Below, piece by piece: positions 38,386 to 48,512 of a DNA stretch of 64,000 bases; within the stretch, counting starts at the first letter, position 1, and each line of letters opens with the position of its first letter. The stretch lies in NCBI GenBank assembly GCA_017302715.1, contig JAFLCD010000008.1, positions 37,924 to 101,923 of the forward strand. Direction: 5' to 3'. The notes under the pieces were generated by a model. It made no database searches, was not told the origin of the DNA, and worked only from the letters and a program-made list of their open reading frames with translations. The position numbers and the translations under genes are program-made. Origin of the DNA: Deltaproteobacteria bacterium (GTDB taxonomy: Bacteria; Bdellovibrionota; UBA2394).

Positions 38386-38413
38386 GGTTATGCGGCTGAA
38401 GGGTCGCATAACC
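38386..38413. terminator. Bidirectional hairpin terminator between convergent genes
   Basis: ggttatgcg-gctgaagggt-cgcataacc has a 9-bp perfect stem, flanked by T-rich sequence on the + side and an A-rich/T-run on the complement. Confidence 0.55.
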
Positions 38414-38439
38414 CCTAAGAAACCCTTCTTCTTATTTAC

Positions 38440-38829
38440 TTAAGGCAAAAGTTTCCAGCCGTTTGATTCTTTGACCATATTAACGACTTCAATTTCTGTA
38501 GTGCCTTTTCGTTTTCGCTCCACTCTTAAATAAGCTCGACGATCTTCGAAAATAATTTTTTGAATCTCAAAAGTGGTGTCTCGGGTTTCCCGTTGCATGG
38601 CTTCTAAACCCTCTTTAGAAGTGGTGACGATCTCTTTTCTTAGACCTGGCTGAGCGCCAACGGCATAACATTCGGTGACGGCTTGAAGATCAAGTCGCTC
38701 GACTGCTTGCCTCCAGGTCTTAAAAGTATCTTCAGGTGTCTGATAACTTTTAAAAATAGGAGCTGCAGCACATCCCATCAGAAAAACCAGCATTGCAGAG
38801 ATTAAGCTTAGACCTTGATAAAACCCCAT
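38440..38829 (-). CDS. Lipoprotein, hypothetical
   Basis: Lipobox LMGCAAAP. 129 aa. Confidence 0.5.
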   Translation of the reverse strand: MGFYQGLSLISAMLVFLMGCAAAPIFKSYQTPEDTFKTWRQAVERLDLQAVTECYAVGAQPGLRKEIVTTSKEGLEAMQRETRDTTFEIQKIIFEDRRAYLRVERKRKGTTEIEVVNMVKESNGWKLLP

Positions 38830-38850
38830 TAGCTCAAGTTAATATGATCC

Positions 38851-40662
38851 ATGTCTTTTCCTCAACGTTTTCTCCACGAATTGAAGCGCACTCACCATAA
38901 TTACGAACTTACCGCCCAGGATATCGGCAAAGAGGTCGTACTGATGGGCTGGGTTCAAACTCGTCGAGATCATGGTGGCGTGATTTTCGTGGACCTTCGA
39001 GATCTTCATGGCATTACTCAAATTGTTTTTAATCCTCAAATTAATCCAGCCGCGCATTCGGAAGCTGATCAAATTCGAAGTGAATTTTGTTTGGGCATTC
39101 AGGGAAAAGTTTCACCACGTCCAGATGGAATGAAGAATTCAAAAATCAAAACAGGGGAAGTCGAAATTCTCGTTTCGAAATTTGAAATTTTCAATACTTC
39201 GCCACCTCCTCCATTTGCGATTGAAGATGATACCGAAACCAATGAGACGGTTCGCTTAGAATATCGCTATCTCGATCTGCGCAGAAACGCGGCCAAGGCG
39301 CCGCTGATGTTGAGATCGAAGATTAACCAAATTATTCGCTCCTATTTAAATGAAAAAAATTTCTATGAGCTTGAAACTCCTTATTTAACAAAATCTACTC
39401 CTGAAGGCGCTCGAGATTTTTTGGTTCCCTCCAGACTTTATCCTGGAGAAGCTTACGCGCTTCCTCAATCGCCTCAGTTGTTTAAACAACTTTTTATGAT
39501 CTCGGGATTTGAGCGTTATTTTCAAATTGTTCGTTGCTTTAGGGACGAAGATTTACGAGCAGATCGTCAGCCCGAATTTACTCAGCTTGATCTTGAAATG
39601 TCTTTTGTAACTCAAGAAGACGTTTTCAAATTGATGGAAGGGCTTTGGAAAAAAGTTTGGAAAGAAGTTCTCCATCTTGAGTTGCCCGCAACTTTTGAAC
39701 GTCTCGCTTATCGCGACGCCATGGAAAAATATGGATCTGATAAACCAGATCTTAGACTTTCTTGGGAGCTCAAAACCGTCACTGAACTTTTTAAGAAATC
39801 TGATTTTAAAGTTTTTCAAGAGGCCGCTCAAAAAAACCAACGCATTTCTGTTTTGAAAGTTCCGAATGCCGAAAGTCTTTCGCGAAAGGATCTTGACGAC
39901 CTAACGCCCATTGGAAAAACTTTTGGCGCTAAAGGAATTGCATGGGTTCGACTTAACGATCCGCAAGATTTTGAAAAAGGTTGGCAGTCTCCCATTTCAA
40001 AATTCTTTTCGGCTGAAGAAAAAACTCAGCTTTTAAAAGCGACGGACGCGAAGACCAACGATATTCTGATTTTCTGCGCAGACACCTCTAAAATTGTTTT
40101 AGAAAGTTTAGGACATATTCGTTTGCATCTTGGCAAAAAACTCAAAGCTATCGATGAATCACAGTGGAAATTTGCATGGATCATCGACTTTCCACTCTTT
40201 CAATGGGATGCCAAAGATAATCGCTGGGTTTCTGAACATCACCCCTTCACTTCACCCAAACCTGAATTTTTTGAAACTTTTGCAGATCAGCCCGATAAAG
40301 CTTATGCCGATTGCTATGATCTCGTTTTAAACGGGATGGAAATGGGAAGCGGATCCATTCGAATTCACCGACCCGATATGCAGAAAAAAGTTTTTCAACT
40401 TTTAGGTTTAACAGAAGCTGATATTCGCGAAAAATTTGGATTTCTTATCGACGCTTTAACTTACGGAGCTCCTCCGCACGGAGGTGTAGCTTTTGGAATC
40501 GACAGATTTGCAATGATTTTATCAGGCGGACAAAGTTTACGCGAAGTCATCGCCTTTCCGAAAACTCAGCGAGGCCAATGTTTAATGACAAACGCTCCGT
40601 CTAAAATTCCAGACCAACAATGGAAAGAATTGCACCTGAAAGTTTCCAAAAACATAGATTGA
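38851..40662 (+). CDS. aspS: Aspartate--tRNA ligase (possibly non-discriminating)
   Basis: Anticodon-binding N-domain (GWVQTRRDHGGVIFVDLRD). Class II motifs (FRDEDLRADRQPEFTQLDLE, GGVAFGIDRF). 603 aa. Confidence 0.95.
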   Translation: MSFPQRFLHELKRTHHNYELTAQDIGKEVVLMGWVQTRRDHGGVIFVDLRDLHGITQIVFNPQINPAAHSEADQIRSEFCLGIQGKVSPRPDGMKNSKIKTGEVEILVSKFEIFNTSPPPPFAIEDDTETNETVRLEYRYLDLRRNAAKAPLMLRSKINQIIRSYLNEKNFYELETPYLTKSTPEGARDFLVPSRLYPGEAYALPQSPQLFKQLFMISGFERYFQIVRCFRDEDLRADRQPEFTQLDLEMSFVTQEDVFKLMEGLWKKVWKEVLHLELPATFERLAYRDAMEKYGSDKPDLRLSWELKTVTELFKKSDFKVFQEAAQKNQRISVLKVPNAESLSRKDLDDLTPIGKTFGAKGIAWVRLNDPQDFEKGWQSPISKFFSAEEKTQLLKATDAKTNDILIFCADTSKIVLESLGHIRLHLGKKLKAIDESQWKFAWIIDFPLFQWDAKDNRWVSEHHPFTSPKPEFFETFADQPDKAYADCYDLVLNGMEMGSGSIRIHRPDMQKKVFQLLGLTEADIREKFGFLIDALTYGAPPHGGVAFGIDRFAMILSGGQSLREVIAFPKTQRGQCLMTNAPSKIPDQQWKELHLKVSKNID

Positions 40663-40718
40663 GAGTTCCAAGAATTTTACCACAAACGTTTACGGTAAAA
40701 TTCAATCCGTGCAAGTTT

Positions 40719-40767
40719 AAGAAAGAAAGAGAAAGATTTTTTAAAGGACTCTTTCTCTTTCTTTCTT
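40719..40767 (+). terminator. Long AG/CT hairpin after aspS (aagaaagaaagagaaag ... ctttctctttctttctt)
   Basis: 17-bp perfect stem with a 15-nt loop, 56 nt after the aspS stop, followed by a T-rich tract. Confidence 0.45.
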
Positions 40768-40847
40768 CTAGCTGCCTGTCCCGGGTCAGGTTCAAAAAAA
40801 TTGAAATAAGGATTTTGCGAGAGGACCAAGTAGGGGCATCATAGAGC

Positions 40848-41780
40848 GTGGCGAAGATTCACTTTATCGTTAATCCGCAAAGACCTTCGATAGGACTACG
40901 CTGGCCATACGAAGAAAAGAAAATTGAAGCCCTCACTCAAGATTTTAAAGTACATATCACTCGCGGACGACTTCACGCCGAAATTCTTTGTCGAAAAGCC
41001 GTCGAAGAAGGTGCAAAGCTAATTGTTTCAGTCGGGGGAGATTCCACACTCAGTGAAGTCATCAATGGTCTTTATCGAGCATCGTTAGGTGGGCGACCCA
41101 TTCCTGCACTTACTTTTTATCCAGAACTTAAGCAGGGAGATTTTGTACGCAGCATTCAGCTTCGAAATTCTTTCACCGAATTTTTAGAAGCATTTTTATC
41201 CAATTCAGCGATCGAAGAATCTATCGACTTAGGTGAAGTCGAGTTCACAGGCGACTATGGCCAAAAAGTCAGAAGATTTTTTGTGAACTGCGCAGGCATC
41301 GGCTTCAGCTCCGTCATTGTCGGAAAACTTGCCAGTAATTACAAAATCAAACGCAGCAAATGGAATTATTTAAAAATGATGAGTCGGGTTTTGCCGTTTT
41401 ATCGACATCCAGAAGTCGACATTTTTATCGATGATCAAAAAGTTTTTTCTCAACAAGAAATTTTAACGGCTCTTATTCATAATGGAAAAACAGCTGCTCA
41501 CGGAATTGAACTTTCTCCTGACTCCGAAATCAACGACGGCAAATTAGAAGTGACGGTGATCGAAAAAGTCATGACGTATCGTTATCTCTTTGGATTGCTC
41601 CCTGTACTGGCCGGAAAATTGCAATCCTTAAGATTTGTTCATCATCAAAGTGGCAAATCGATTCGCGCTGTCCCCTCTCAAAAATCAAAAAAAGTAAGGC
41701 TGGATTGGGATGGAGATATCTGGGGATTTTTACCAGCTGAATTTAGAATTTTAGAACGTGGTCTCAAACTCGTAAGGTGA
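40848..41780 (+). CDS. Diacylglycerol-kinase catalytic-domain lipid kinase (YegS/DgkA-like)
   Basis: IVSVGGDSTLSEVINGL matches the DAGK_cat GGDG motif. GTG start. 310 aa. Confidence 0.7.
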   Translation: MAKIHFIVNPQRPSIGLRWPYEEKKIEALTQDFKVHITRGRLHAEILCRKAVEEGAKLIVSVGGDSTLSEVINGLYRASLGGRPIPALTFYPELKQGDFVRSIQLRNSFTEFLEAFLSNSAIEESIDLGEVEFTGDYGQKVRRFFVNCAGIGFSSVIVGKLASNYKIKRSKWNYLKMMSRVLPFYRHPEVDIFIDDQKVFSQQEILTALIHNGKTAAHGIELSPDSEINDGKLEVTVIEKVMTYRYLFGLLPVLAGKLQSLRFVHHQSGKSIRAVPSQKSKKVRLDWDGDIWGFLPAEFRILERGLKLVR

Positions 41781-41783
41781 TTT

Positions 41784-44700
41784 ATGCTAACTATTGCTTC
41801 ACAAATTTTTTCGCTGGCTCTTACAGCTCAACTTTATCTTCCTACGTTTAGCCCTCGCGCCGATTGGAAGACGATCGAAACTCCTCATTTTATTATTCAT
41901 TATGATTCAAAAATAACCGAGGCAGCAGATCGCCTCGCAGATCGCGTCGAACCTGTTTATCAAAAAATCACCAAAAATTTTCAGTGGGAGCCCTCAAGCA
42001 AAACTCATATTGTTCTCAGTGATTTTACCGATGATGCAAACGGACTCAGCACGCCTATTCCCTACAATACGATCTATTTATATGCGGCTCCTCCCGAGGA
42101 TGGTTCGGCACTCGATTATTACGACGATTGGTTAAAGACTCTCATCACTCACGAATTCACTCATACGGTTCACCTCGATCAAGTGGGCGGACTCAATAAA
42201 ATTCCTCGCGCACTTTTAGGACGTGTTTGGGTTCCTAACGGACTTCAACAACAGTGGGCTCACGAAGGTTTAGCGATGTACGAAGAGACCTACGAAACAA
42301 CAAAAGGTCGAGGTCGATCTCCGGCAGTGAAAATGTTTTTAAGAGCGGTAAATAAAGAAAATAAATTTATCCATATCGATCGCGCCACTTATTGGAATGA
42401 CCAATATCCTTATGGAAACTCCGCTTACTGGTATGGGATTGGTTTTCATCAATTTTTAGCTGATCAGTACGGGGCGCAAAAAATATTTGATTTTTCAAAG
42501 GCAAATGCAAGCTCGATCGTTCCAAGTTTTTTTAATTTTAAAACGAAAGAAATCTATGGAAAAAGTTTTCACCGACTTTGGGAAGAGTGGAGAGAGAAAG
42601 AAAAATCTCAATGGCTAAAGTTTCAAAAAGAAACTCCAAGTCAATTTGAAAGCCGCCCTTACTCTCGCCCTCTTCAAGAAAATATTCAACTTCTCAGCGC
42701 ACCAGCTTTTAATGATAAAGGCGACGAAGTCTTTCTTTCGGTTTCGGACAACGGAAAAAATAAAATCCTTCGCGCCCGCTTAAATTCAAAAGACAACTCG
42801 CCTCTTGAAAAGATTGCTGAGATCGCAACAGACTCTCGACTCTTTTATGCAAACGATCATCTTTACTATACAAAGGCCACACCCGCTCCTACGACAGTGG
42901 CACTTTACGCTGTCTATAATGACCTTTGGGCTTTGGATCTTAAAACAAAACAAGAAAAGCAACTCACTGAAGGTTTGCGTCTAAGAGATCCTGTCATTTT
43001 TAAAAAGAATGTCTACGGAGTACGAATCGATGGATTCAAATCTTCTCTGATTAAATTTCCACTGCCTGAAAGCATCAAAGATAAAAAAGCTATCGACGTT
43101 TTATTTAAAGCCGACGGTTTTGATGTGATCTCAAAACCCAACATTTCTCCAGACGGAAAGTTGCTCACGTTCTCAATGAAAGTCGAAAATAAAAACAGAG
43201 ATCTCTATCTTTTAAATCTTGAAACAAAAAAGCTCACTCGTTTAACCAATGATGGCTTTGAAGATCACGATCCCATTTTTTCTGCTAACGGAAATGAGAT
43301 TTATTTTTCGAGCGCGAAGCCGATGGGACCAAGTAAAACTCTTGTTCCTAATTTATTCGCACTCAATTTAAAAACTACGCAAACCACTCAACTCACCGAT
43401 GCGCTCACTGGCATTCAGCTGCCCGCTTTTTCTAAAACACATTCAGCATTTGGATATTTTAAAGCCTCGGGCTTCGAACCACAGATCGCAAAAATTTCGG
43501 ATCTTCCTAAAAAGCTTATCAAAACAGAATCTGAAAAGTCTGTAAGCGCTTCCGCCCTAGAAAAAACTCCCAAAACTTTAGCGCATCTTAAAGCTAAACC
43601 TTATTCAGTTGGCTCTACTTTGTGGCCACATTATCTTCTGCCCTTCTTCTTTTTTACGGAGACGAATTCAGCAGTCGGCGGCGTGATCGGAAGTCATGAC
43701 CCTCTAAATTTTCATTCGTGGTCTGCGATAGGCTACCAACTTTTTGGGCCTAATCGACCAGGTGGAGCGATCGAGTATTCGTATCGAGGATTTCCGTTGA
43801 TCACATTATCGCTCGGCTCCTTTGCGATGATCACCGATTACGGGAATATTCTCGCTGTACCTGGAGAAAATTTTTATCATCGCTATTACGAAAGAGATTT
43901 AGGAGCTGTGGCGGGCTATTCGATTCCGATTTATTGGAATCATCGCCCCACTGCATTCTCTTTGAGCCAAAATTTATTTTTCGAAAAGCGATCTGCACTT
44001 CTCAAATGGCCGACAGGTGTGCGCAGTGGAAAAGGAACAGCCGCCTTCACGGATGGTGTGACGATCAACAATATTTCGTTCAGTCCCGAAGAAGGCAAGT
44101 TCTGGGGAATCAGCTCCAAACTTTCTTGGTCGAGCGGCCTGCGTCAATCCGTCGAAGATTTTAGTCCGTCCGGAAGTACGATTAGTTTTAATCTGGATTA
44201 TTCTCCCAAAGCTCTCGGCAGTGATTTCAAAATTTTAGCAACGACTTTGAGCGCAAAAACTTACCAAAAAATTGCTGCCGCTCATGCCCTCGCTTTTGAA
44301 TCAAATATAGGTCTTCAATGGGAGGATCCACTTTATCAAAGAACCTATCGATTGGGTGGAAGTTTAGGTGCGAGTCCCATTTCGTCTGTGGGCCGACATT
44401 CCTATTCTTTGCGCGGTTTGCCGGCTTCTTATTTTGCAGGTGAAGGTTTAGTTCAAGGCTCGGCAGAATATCGCTATCGTCTTTTTAATTCTCTGCCCGG
44501 CTTTGGAACGGCTCCCCTTTGGTTTAAGAATCTGCAAATTGCATTATTTAGTGACGGTGGCCAAACCTATGACTGGAAATCATCTCCGACGCTGGCTCAA
44601 CGCTTTGTAGAGAAGTTCAATTGGACTCGGTTTACAATGACGGCAGGAGCTGAATTGCGCTCGGATATCAGCTTTGCTTATGCGCCTCCTTTAACTTTTA

Positions 44701-44795
44701 GATTGGGCTACGGAAAAGCCATCTATTTAGTGGGTCAGAACGTCGCCTCAGAGAAAGTCAATGAGACATACTTTCAAATTGGCGCTAGTTTTTAA
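41784..44795 (+). CDS. Large outer-membrane protein: N-terminal HExxH peptidase-like domain + TolB-like beta-propeller + C-terminal beta-barrel
   Basis: HEFTHTVHLD zinc motif. PD40-like repeats (SPDGKLLTFS, SANGNEIYFSS). Aromatic-rich amphipathic strands. C-terminal YFQIGASF. 1003 aa. Confidence 0.5.
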   Translation: MLTIASQIFSLALTAQLYLPTFSPRADWKTIETPHFIIHYDSKITEAADRLADRVEPVYQKITKNFQWEPSSKTHIVLSDFTDDANGLSTPIPYNTIYLYAAPPEDGSALDYYDDWLKTLITHEFTHTVHLDQVGGLNKIPRALLGRVWVPNGLQQQWAHEGLAMYEETYETTKGRGRSPAVKMFLRAVNKENKFIHIDRATYWNDQYPYGNSAYWYGIGFHQFLADQYGAQKIFDFSKANASSIVPSFFNFKTKEIYGKSFHRLWEEWREKEKSQWLKFQKETPSQFESRPYSRPLQENIQLLSAPAFNDKGDEVFLSVSDNGKNKILRARLNSKDNSPLEKIAEIATDSRLFYANDHLYYTKATPAPTTVALYAVYNDLWALDLKTKQEKQLTEGLRLRDPVIFKKNVYGVRIDGFKSSLIKFPLPESIKDKKAIDVLFKADGFDVISKPNISPDGKLLTFSMKVENKNRDLYLLNLETKKLTRLTNDGFEDHDPIFSANGNEIYFSSAKPMGPSKTLVPNLFALNLKTTQTTQLTDALTGIQLPAFSKTHSAFGYFKASGFEPQIAKISDLPKKLIKTESEKSVSASALEKTPKTLAHLKAKPYSVGSTLWPHYLLPFFFFTETNSAVGGVIGSHDPLNFHSWSAIGYQLFGPNRPGGAIEYSYRGFPLITLSLGSFAMITDYGNILAVPGENFYHRYYERDLGAVAGYSIPIYWNHRPTAFSLSQNLFFEKRSALLKWPTGVRSGKGTAAFTDGVTINNISFSPEEGKFWGISSKLSWSSGLRQSVEDFSPSGSTISFNLDYSPKALGSDFKILATTLSAKTYQKIAAAHALAFESNIGLQWEDPLYQRTYRLGGSLGASPISSVGRHSYSLRGLPASYFAGEGLVQGSAEYRYRLFNSLPGFGTAPLWFKNLQIALFSDGGQTYDWKSSPTLAQRFVEKFNWTRFTMTAGAELRSDISFAYAPPLTFRLGYGKAIYLVGQNVASEKVNETYFQIGASF

Positions 44796-44867
44796 GGCCT
44801 GAAATTCCACATTTAAGTCGCGGTTTTTCGATGACAACTCGCGCCTGGCGTTTTAAACCTAGAGGCC

Positions 44868-46307
44868 ATGAGATTTCATCTTTCTTTGGTCTTGTTCTTG
44901 GTTTTATCGGTAATAAGCATTTCAAAAAGCGTCTCAGCTTTGGACGTAGGTTTTGATGGTTATTTTCGAAGTCGCGCTAACCTCTACAACAACTTAGATC
45001 TCGATAGAAAAAAATCTCCAGCCACTCGCGCTTACACCGATTTTCGATTTCGATTAAATCCCAGTTTTTTTGTCAGCGATAAAATCCGAATCCGAACTTC
45101 TTTTAATATTGTCGACGGAGTTTTAGGTGATAATCCTTTTCGCTCTCGCAGTTACAATAATCCTGCTCTCGCTCAAAATTTGCTTGTCGATCCCAATGGA
45201 GTCGAAGCCACTGTCGGCAATCCCATCGTCTCACTACAAAACAGCGGATATGGTGGGGTTTACGCAACCGATGGAGAAGTTCAATCTGCCGACCTACTCG
45301 CCCTTCAAATGCGAAGAGCTTGGGCCGAATTTGATTTGCCTTACGGAACTTTAAAAGTAGGTCGAATGCCAAACCAATTTGGAATGGGAATTTATTCCAA
45401 CGCTGGAGATGGTCCAGATCAAGAAGTGGGAAGCTCTCGCGATCGCATCGTTTTTGAAACGGGATTTGGAAATTATTATGTACGTCCAGGAGTGGGCTGG
45501 ATAAGCGAAGGCAAAATTGATCAAGCCAGCGATGATTTCTATGAATACTTTTTTACTTTTGGTCGAAAACAAGAAGATCAAGAAATTGGAATGTCTTTGG
45601 CTTACAACGCCCAGGATGCCTATCAACCTTCTTCTTCGGTCACGAACACTGCAAGTTTAGTGAATGCGGAGACCGCTTACTGGTCTTTTGATTTCTATGT
45701 TCAGAATCAATTTTCCTTCGCTAATTTAAAGGCTGAAGCCGTTTTATTTAGCGGAAAAATTGTGGGCCGCGATTTATTAGCTGTGAATGGAGTTCTTCGC
45801 TCCGAATTTAATCGTATGGGAAAATTTTCACTGCTTACTGAAGCAGGTTATTCCTCTGGAACTTCTGATACGGATCTGGCGAGAAATAAAATTAAAAGTT
45901 TTGCATTCTCTCGCGACTACGACATCTCTCTTTTAGTTTTCGAAGAAGTTCTACCAGGTGGAAAATCCGTCAGAAATGCAGATGGGACCGACAGCAATGT
46001 GGCAGCGTCTCCTCACGCTGGGGCTATTTCAAATACTGTCTACGGTCGTATGAAGATGGCTTACGATGCAGCTGACTTTTTCAAACCTGCAGTGAATGTG
46101 GTCGTGCCTTTTGCAGCGACAAAATCTCAGCAGGCGGGCGGATACCTTTACGGAGTTGAGTACAATATTATAACTCTGTGGCCGATCAATCGTTATTGCA
46201 CAGCTGATTTAAGTTTTGGTCATTTTATTCCAGGCCCGTTTTACGATAAGGTATCGAATTCGCAGTCGGCGTATGTTTTACGCGCGGGAATTGTAACTCA
46301 TTTTTAG
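44868..46307 (+). CDS. Outer-membrane beta-barrel (porin-like) protein
   Basis: Signal peptide. Alternating beta-strand pattern. Terminal IVTHF. 479 aa. Confidence 0.5.
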   Translation: MRFHLSLVLFLVLSVISISKSVSALDVGFDGYFRSRANLYNNLDLDRKKSPATRAYTDFRFRLNPSFFVSDKIRIRTSFNIVDGVLGDNPFRSRSYNNPALAQNLLVDPNGVEATVGNPIVSLQNSGYGGVYATDGEVQSADLLALQMRRAWAEFDLPYGTLKVGRMPNQFGMGIYSNAGDGPDQEVGSSRDRIVFETGFGNYYVRPGVGWISEGKIDQASDDFYEYFFTFGRKQEDQEIGMSLAYNAQDAYQPSSSVTNTASLVNAETAYWSFDFYVQNQFSFANLKAEAVLFSGKIVGRDLLAVNGVLRSEFNRMGKFSLLTEAGYSSGTSDTDLARNKIKSFAFSRDYDISLLVFEEVLPGGKSVRNADGTDSNVAASPHAGAISNTVYGRMKMAYDAADFFKPAVNVVVPFAATKSQQAGGYLYGVEYNIITLWPINRYCTADLSFGHFIPGPFYDKVSNSQSAYVLRAGIVTHF

Positions 46308-46315
46308 GAAATTTT

Positions 46316-47602
46316 GTGCCCCCAATTTTTGATGGATTTCGATACAAAGATCACCTGCTTCATTCGGACGGAGTCAACTTAGCTGAAGTGGCTGAAAAAT
46401 ACGGAACGCCGACTTATGTTTACATTAGCAGCAATATTGAAAAATCTTATCAAGAGTTAGAAGAAGCTCTTAAGCCTATTCCTCACATCATTTGTTATTC
46501 GGTAAAAGCGAATTCTAATTTATCCATTTTACGAACTCTCAATCAAATGGGTGCGGGTGCCGATATTGTTTCGGGCGGTGAACTTTTTCGAGCACTTGAA
46601 GCCGAAATTCCTGCGGATAAAATTGTTTTTTCTGGAGTAGGAAAAACTCGCGAAGAAATTGATTTTGCGATGAAGAAAAAAATTCTCTGTTTCAATATTG
46701 AAAGTGAACAGGAGTTAGTCGCGATTGATTGCATCGCGAAAAGTCATCGTAAAGTGGCTTCGATTTGTATTCGCGTAAACCCAGATGTAAATCCTAAGAC
46801 TCATCCTTATATTGCAACGGGTCTTAAACATTCAAAATTTGGAATTCCTTATCGACAAGCTTTAGAACTTGTTCGATCTACGTTGAGATTAAAGAATGTG
46901 AACTTGATTGGGCTCGCTTGTCATATCGGAAGCCAAATTACGCAAGTGGCACCGTTCATGGATTCGGTTCGTCGAATGTTGAAACTTTACGATCAGGTGC
47001 AAAAGTTAAAACCTGAAGTAAATATTCTCGATTTAGGTGGCGGACTCGGAGTGATTTATAACAACGAAAAACCTCCCAGTATTAAGCATTGGGCAGAATC
47101 TTTGATCAAAGAAATTGGTGATCGAAAACTTACTCTTATCTTGGAACCTGGAAGAAGCATCGTTGGAAATGCAGGAATCCTTTTAACGAAAGTTCTCTAT
47201 GTTAAACGGGGCGAGAGCGATAATTTTATCGTCGCCGATGCGGGCATGAACGATCTCATTCGTCCATCTCTTTACGGCGCCTATCATTCGATTTTGCCTG
47301 TTCACTACCGCAAATATAAAAAGATTAAAGCTTCAGTTGTCGGGCCTTGTTGTGAATCCGGAGATATTTTAACTAAAGCTCGACGCATTCAAAATTTTCA
47401 ACCCGGTGATTTACTCGCCGTAATGAGTTGCGGAGCTTATGGAGCATCGATGTCGAGTCATTATAACTCTCGACCTAAAGCGGCTGAAGTTTTGATCCGT
47501 GAACAAAAACATTATCTTATTCGCGAGAGAGAAACTTTTGAGGATCTCGTAGGAAAAGAAAAAACTCCTCCCTTTCTTAAAAAAGTGGCAACGGCTTCAT
47601 GA
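46316..47602 (+). CDS. lysA: Diaminopimelate decarboxylase
   Basis: PLP-lysine region YSVKANSNLSIL. GTG start. C-terminal CESGD motif. 428 aa. Confidence 0.9.
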   Translation: MPPIFDGFRYKDHLLHSDGVNLAEVAEKYGTPTYVYISSNIEKSYQELEEALKPIPHIICYSVKANSNLSILRTLNQMGAGADIVSGGELFRALEAEIPADKIVFSGVGKTREEIDFAMKKKILCFNIESEQELVAIDCIAKSHRKVASICIRVNPDVNPKTHPYIATGLKHSKFGIPYRQALELVRSTLRLKNVNLIGLACHIGSQITQVAPFMDSVRRMLKLYDQVQKLKPEVNILDLGGGLGVIYNNEKPPSIKHWAESLIKEIGDRKLTLILEPGRSIVGNAGILLTKVLYVKRGESDNFIVADAGMNDLIRPSLYGAYHSILPVHYRKYKKIKASVVGPCCESGDILTKARRIQNFQPGDLLAVMSCGAYGASMSSHYNSRPKAAEVLIREQKHYLIRERETFEDLVGKEKTPPFLKKVATAS

Positions 47603-48486
47603 ATTTTGAAGGCATCTACACCGCGCTTGTCACTCCCTTTGGAGAAAATGAAACCGGTATTGATGAAAAAGCTTATCGAAAGCTGATCGAGAGACAAATT
47701 CAAGCCGGCATCAAGGGAATTGTCGTTGCCGGAAGTACAGGCGAAGGGCAGACCCTCACTGAAGCTGAGTGGGAAACAGCGTTAAAAATTGCGATTACTT
47801 ATAAAGATCAAATTCAAATTTTAGGATCATGTGGAACTTCGAACACCGCTGAAACGATCTCGCGCTTTAAAAAACTTGCTTCGCTCGGTGCAGATGCCGC
47901 TCTCATTTCTACTCCAGGTTACAACAAGCCTCCTCAGCGAGGATTAATCGAACATTATCAAAAAGTAGCCGCAAGTGCTGCGCTTCCAATCATGGTCTAC
48001 AATATCCCGGGACGAACAGCCGTAAATTTAACTCCAGCTACGATTCGTGAGCTTTGGAAAATTTCGAATGTGGCTTCGATCAAAGAATCCTCAGGAAATT
48101 GGGATCAGATTTTAGAGATTCGCAAAGATCTTCCCGAAAATAAATTTTTACTCTCTGGCGATGACCCTTTTAATTTACCTTTTTTTTCAATTGGCGCGCA
48201 TGGCGCAGTGAGTGTGCTTTCAAATATTGCACCTAAAGCTTTAGTGCAGATGCTTGCGGCCTTTAAAAAATCTGATTTAAAAACAGCAGAAAAAATTCAA
48301 ATGCAGGTTCACAAACTTACTCAACTTCTTTTCGTAGAGAGCAATCCCATTCCAGTAAAATGGTTGGTAGGGCAAATTTTAAAACAAAATCTTTCGCCTC
48401 GTTTACCTCTCGTCAAACTGGATGAAACTCATCATTCAGCTTTGAAGAGAGAGTTCGATCGCTTAGTCGAACTTCAACTCGTTTAA
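47599..48486 (+). CDS. dapA: 4-hydroxy-tetrahydrodipicolinate synthase
   Basis: GIVVAGSTGEGQTLT matches the DapA N-terminal signature. Schiff-base Lys region (SIKESSG). 295 aa. ATGA overlap with lysA. Confidence 0.9.
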   Translation: MNFEGIYTALVTPFGENETGIDEKAYRKLIERQIQAGIKGIVVAGSTGEGQTLTEAEWETALKIAITYKDQIQILGSCGTSNTAETISRFKKLASLGADAALISTPGYNKPPQRGLIEHYQKVAASAALPIMVYNIPGRTAVNLTPATIRELWKISNVASIKESSGNWDQILEIRKDLPENKFLLSGDDPFNLPFFSIGAHGAVSVLSNIAPKALVQMLAAFKKSDLKTAEKIQMQVHKLTQLLFVESNPIPVKWLVGQILKQNLSPRLPLVKLDETHHSALKREFDRLVELQLV

Positions 48487-48512
48487 TTTTTTCAAATACA
48501 AAGGAAATCTAA

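Noticed and set aside
38839-39072. 77-aa minus-strand ORF overlapping the aspS start
   Set aside because: Entirely antisense to the well-supported aspS N-terminus. No RBS. Typical antisense ORF artefact.
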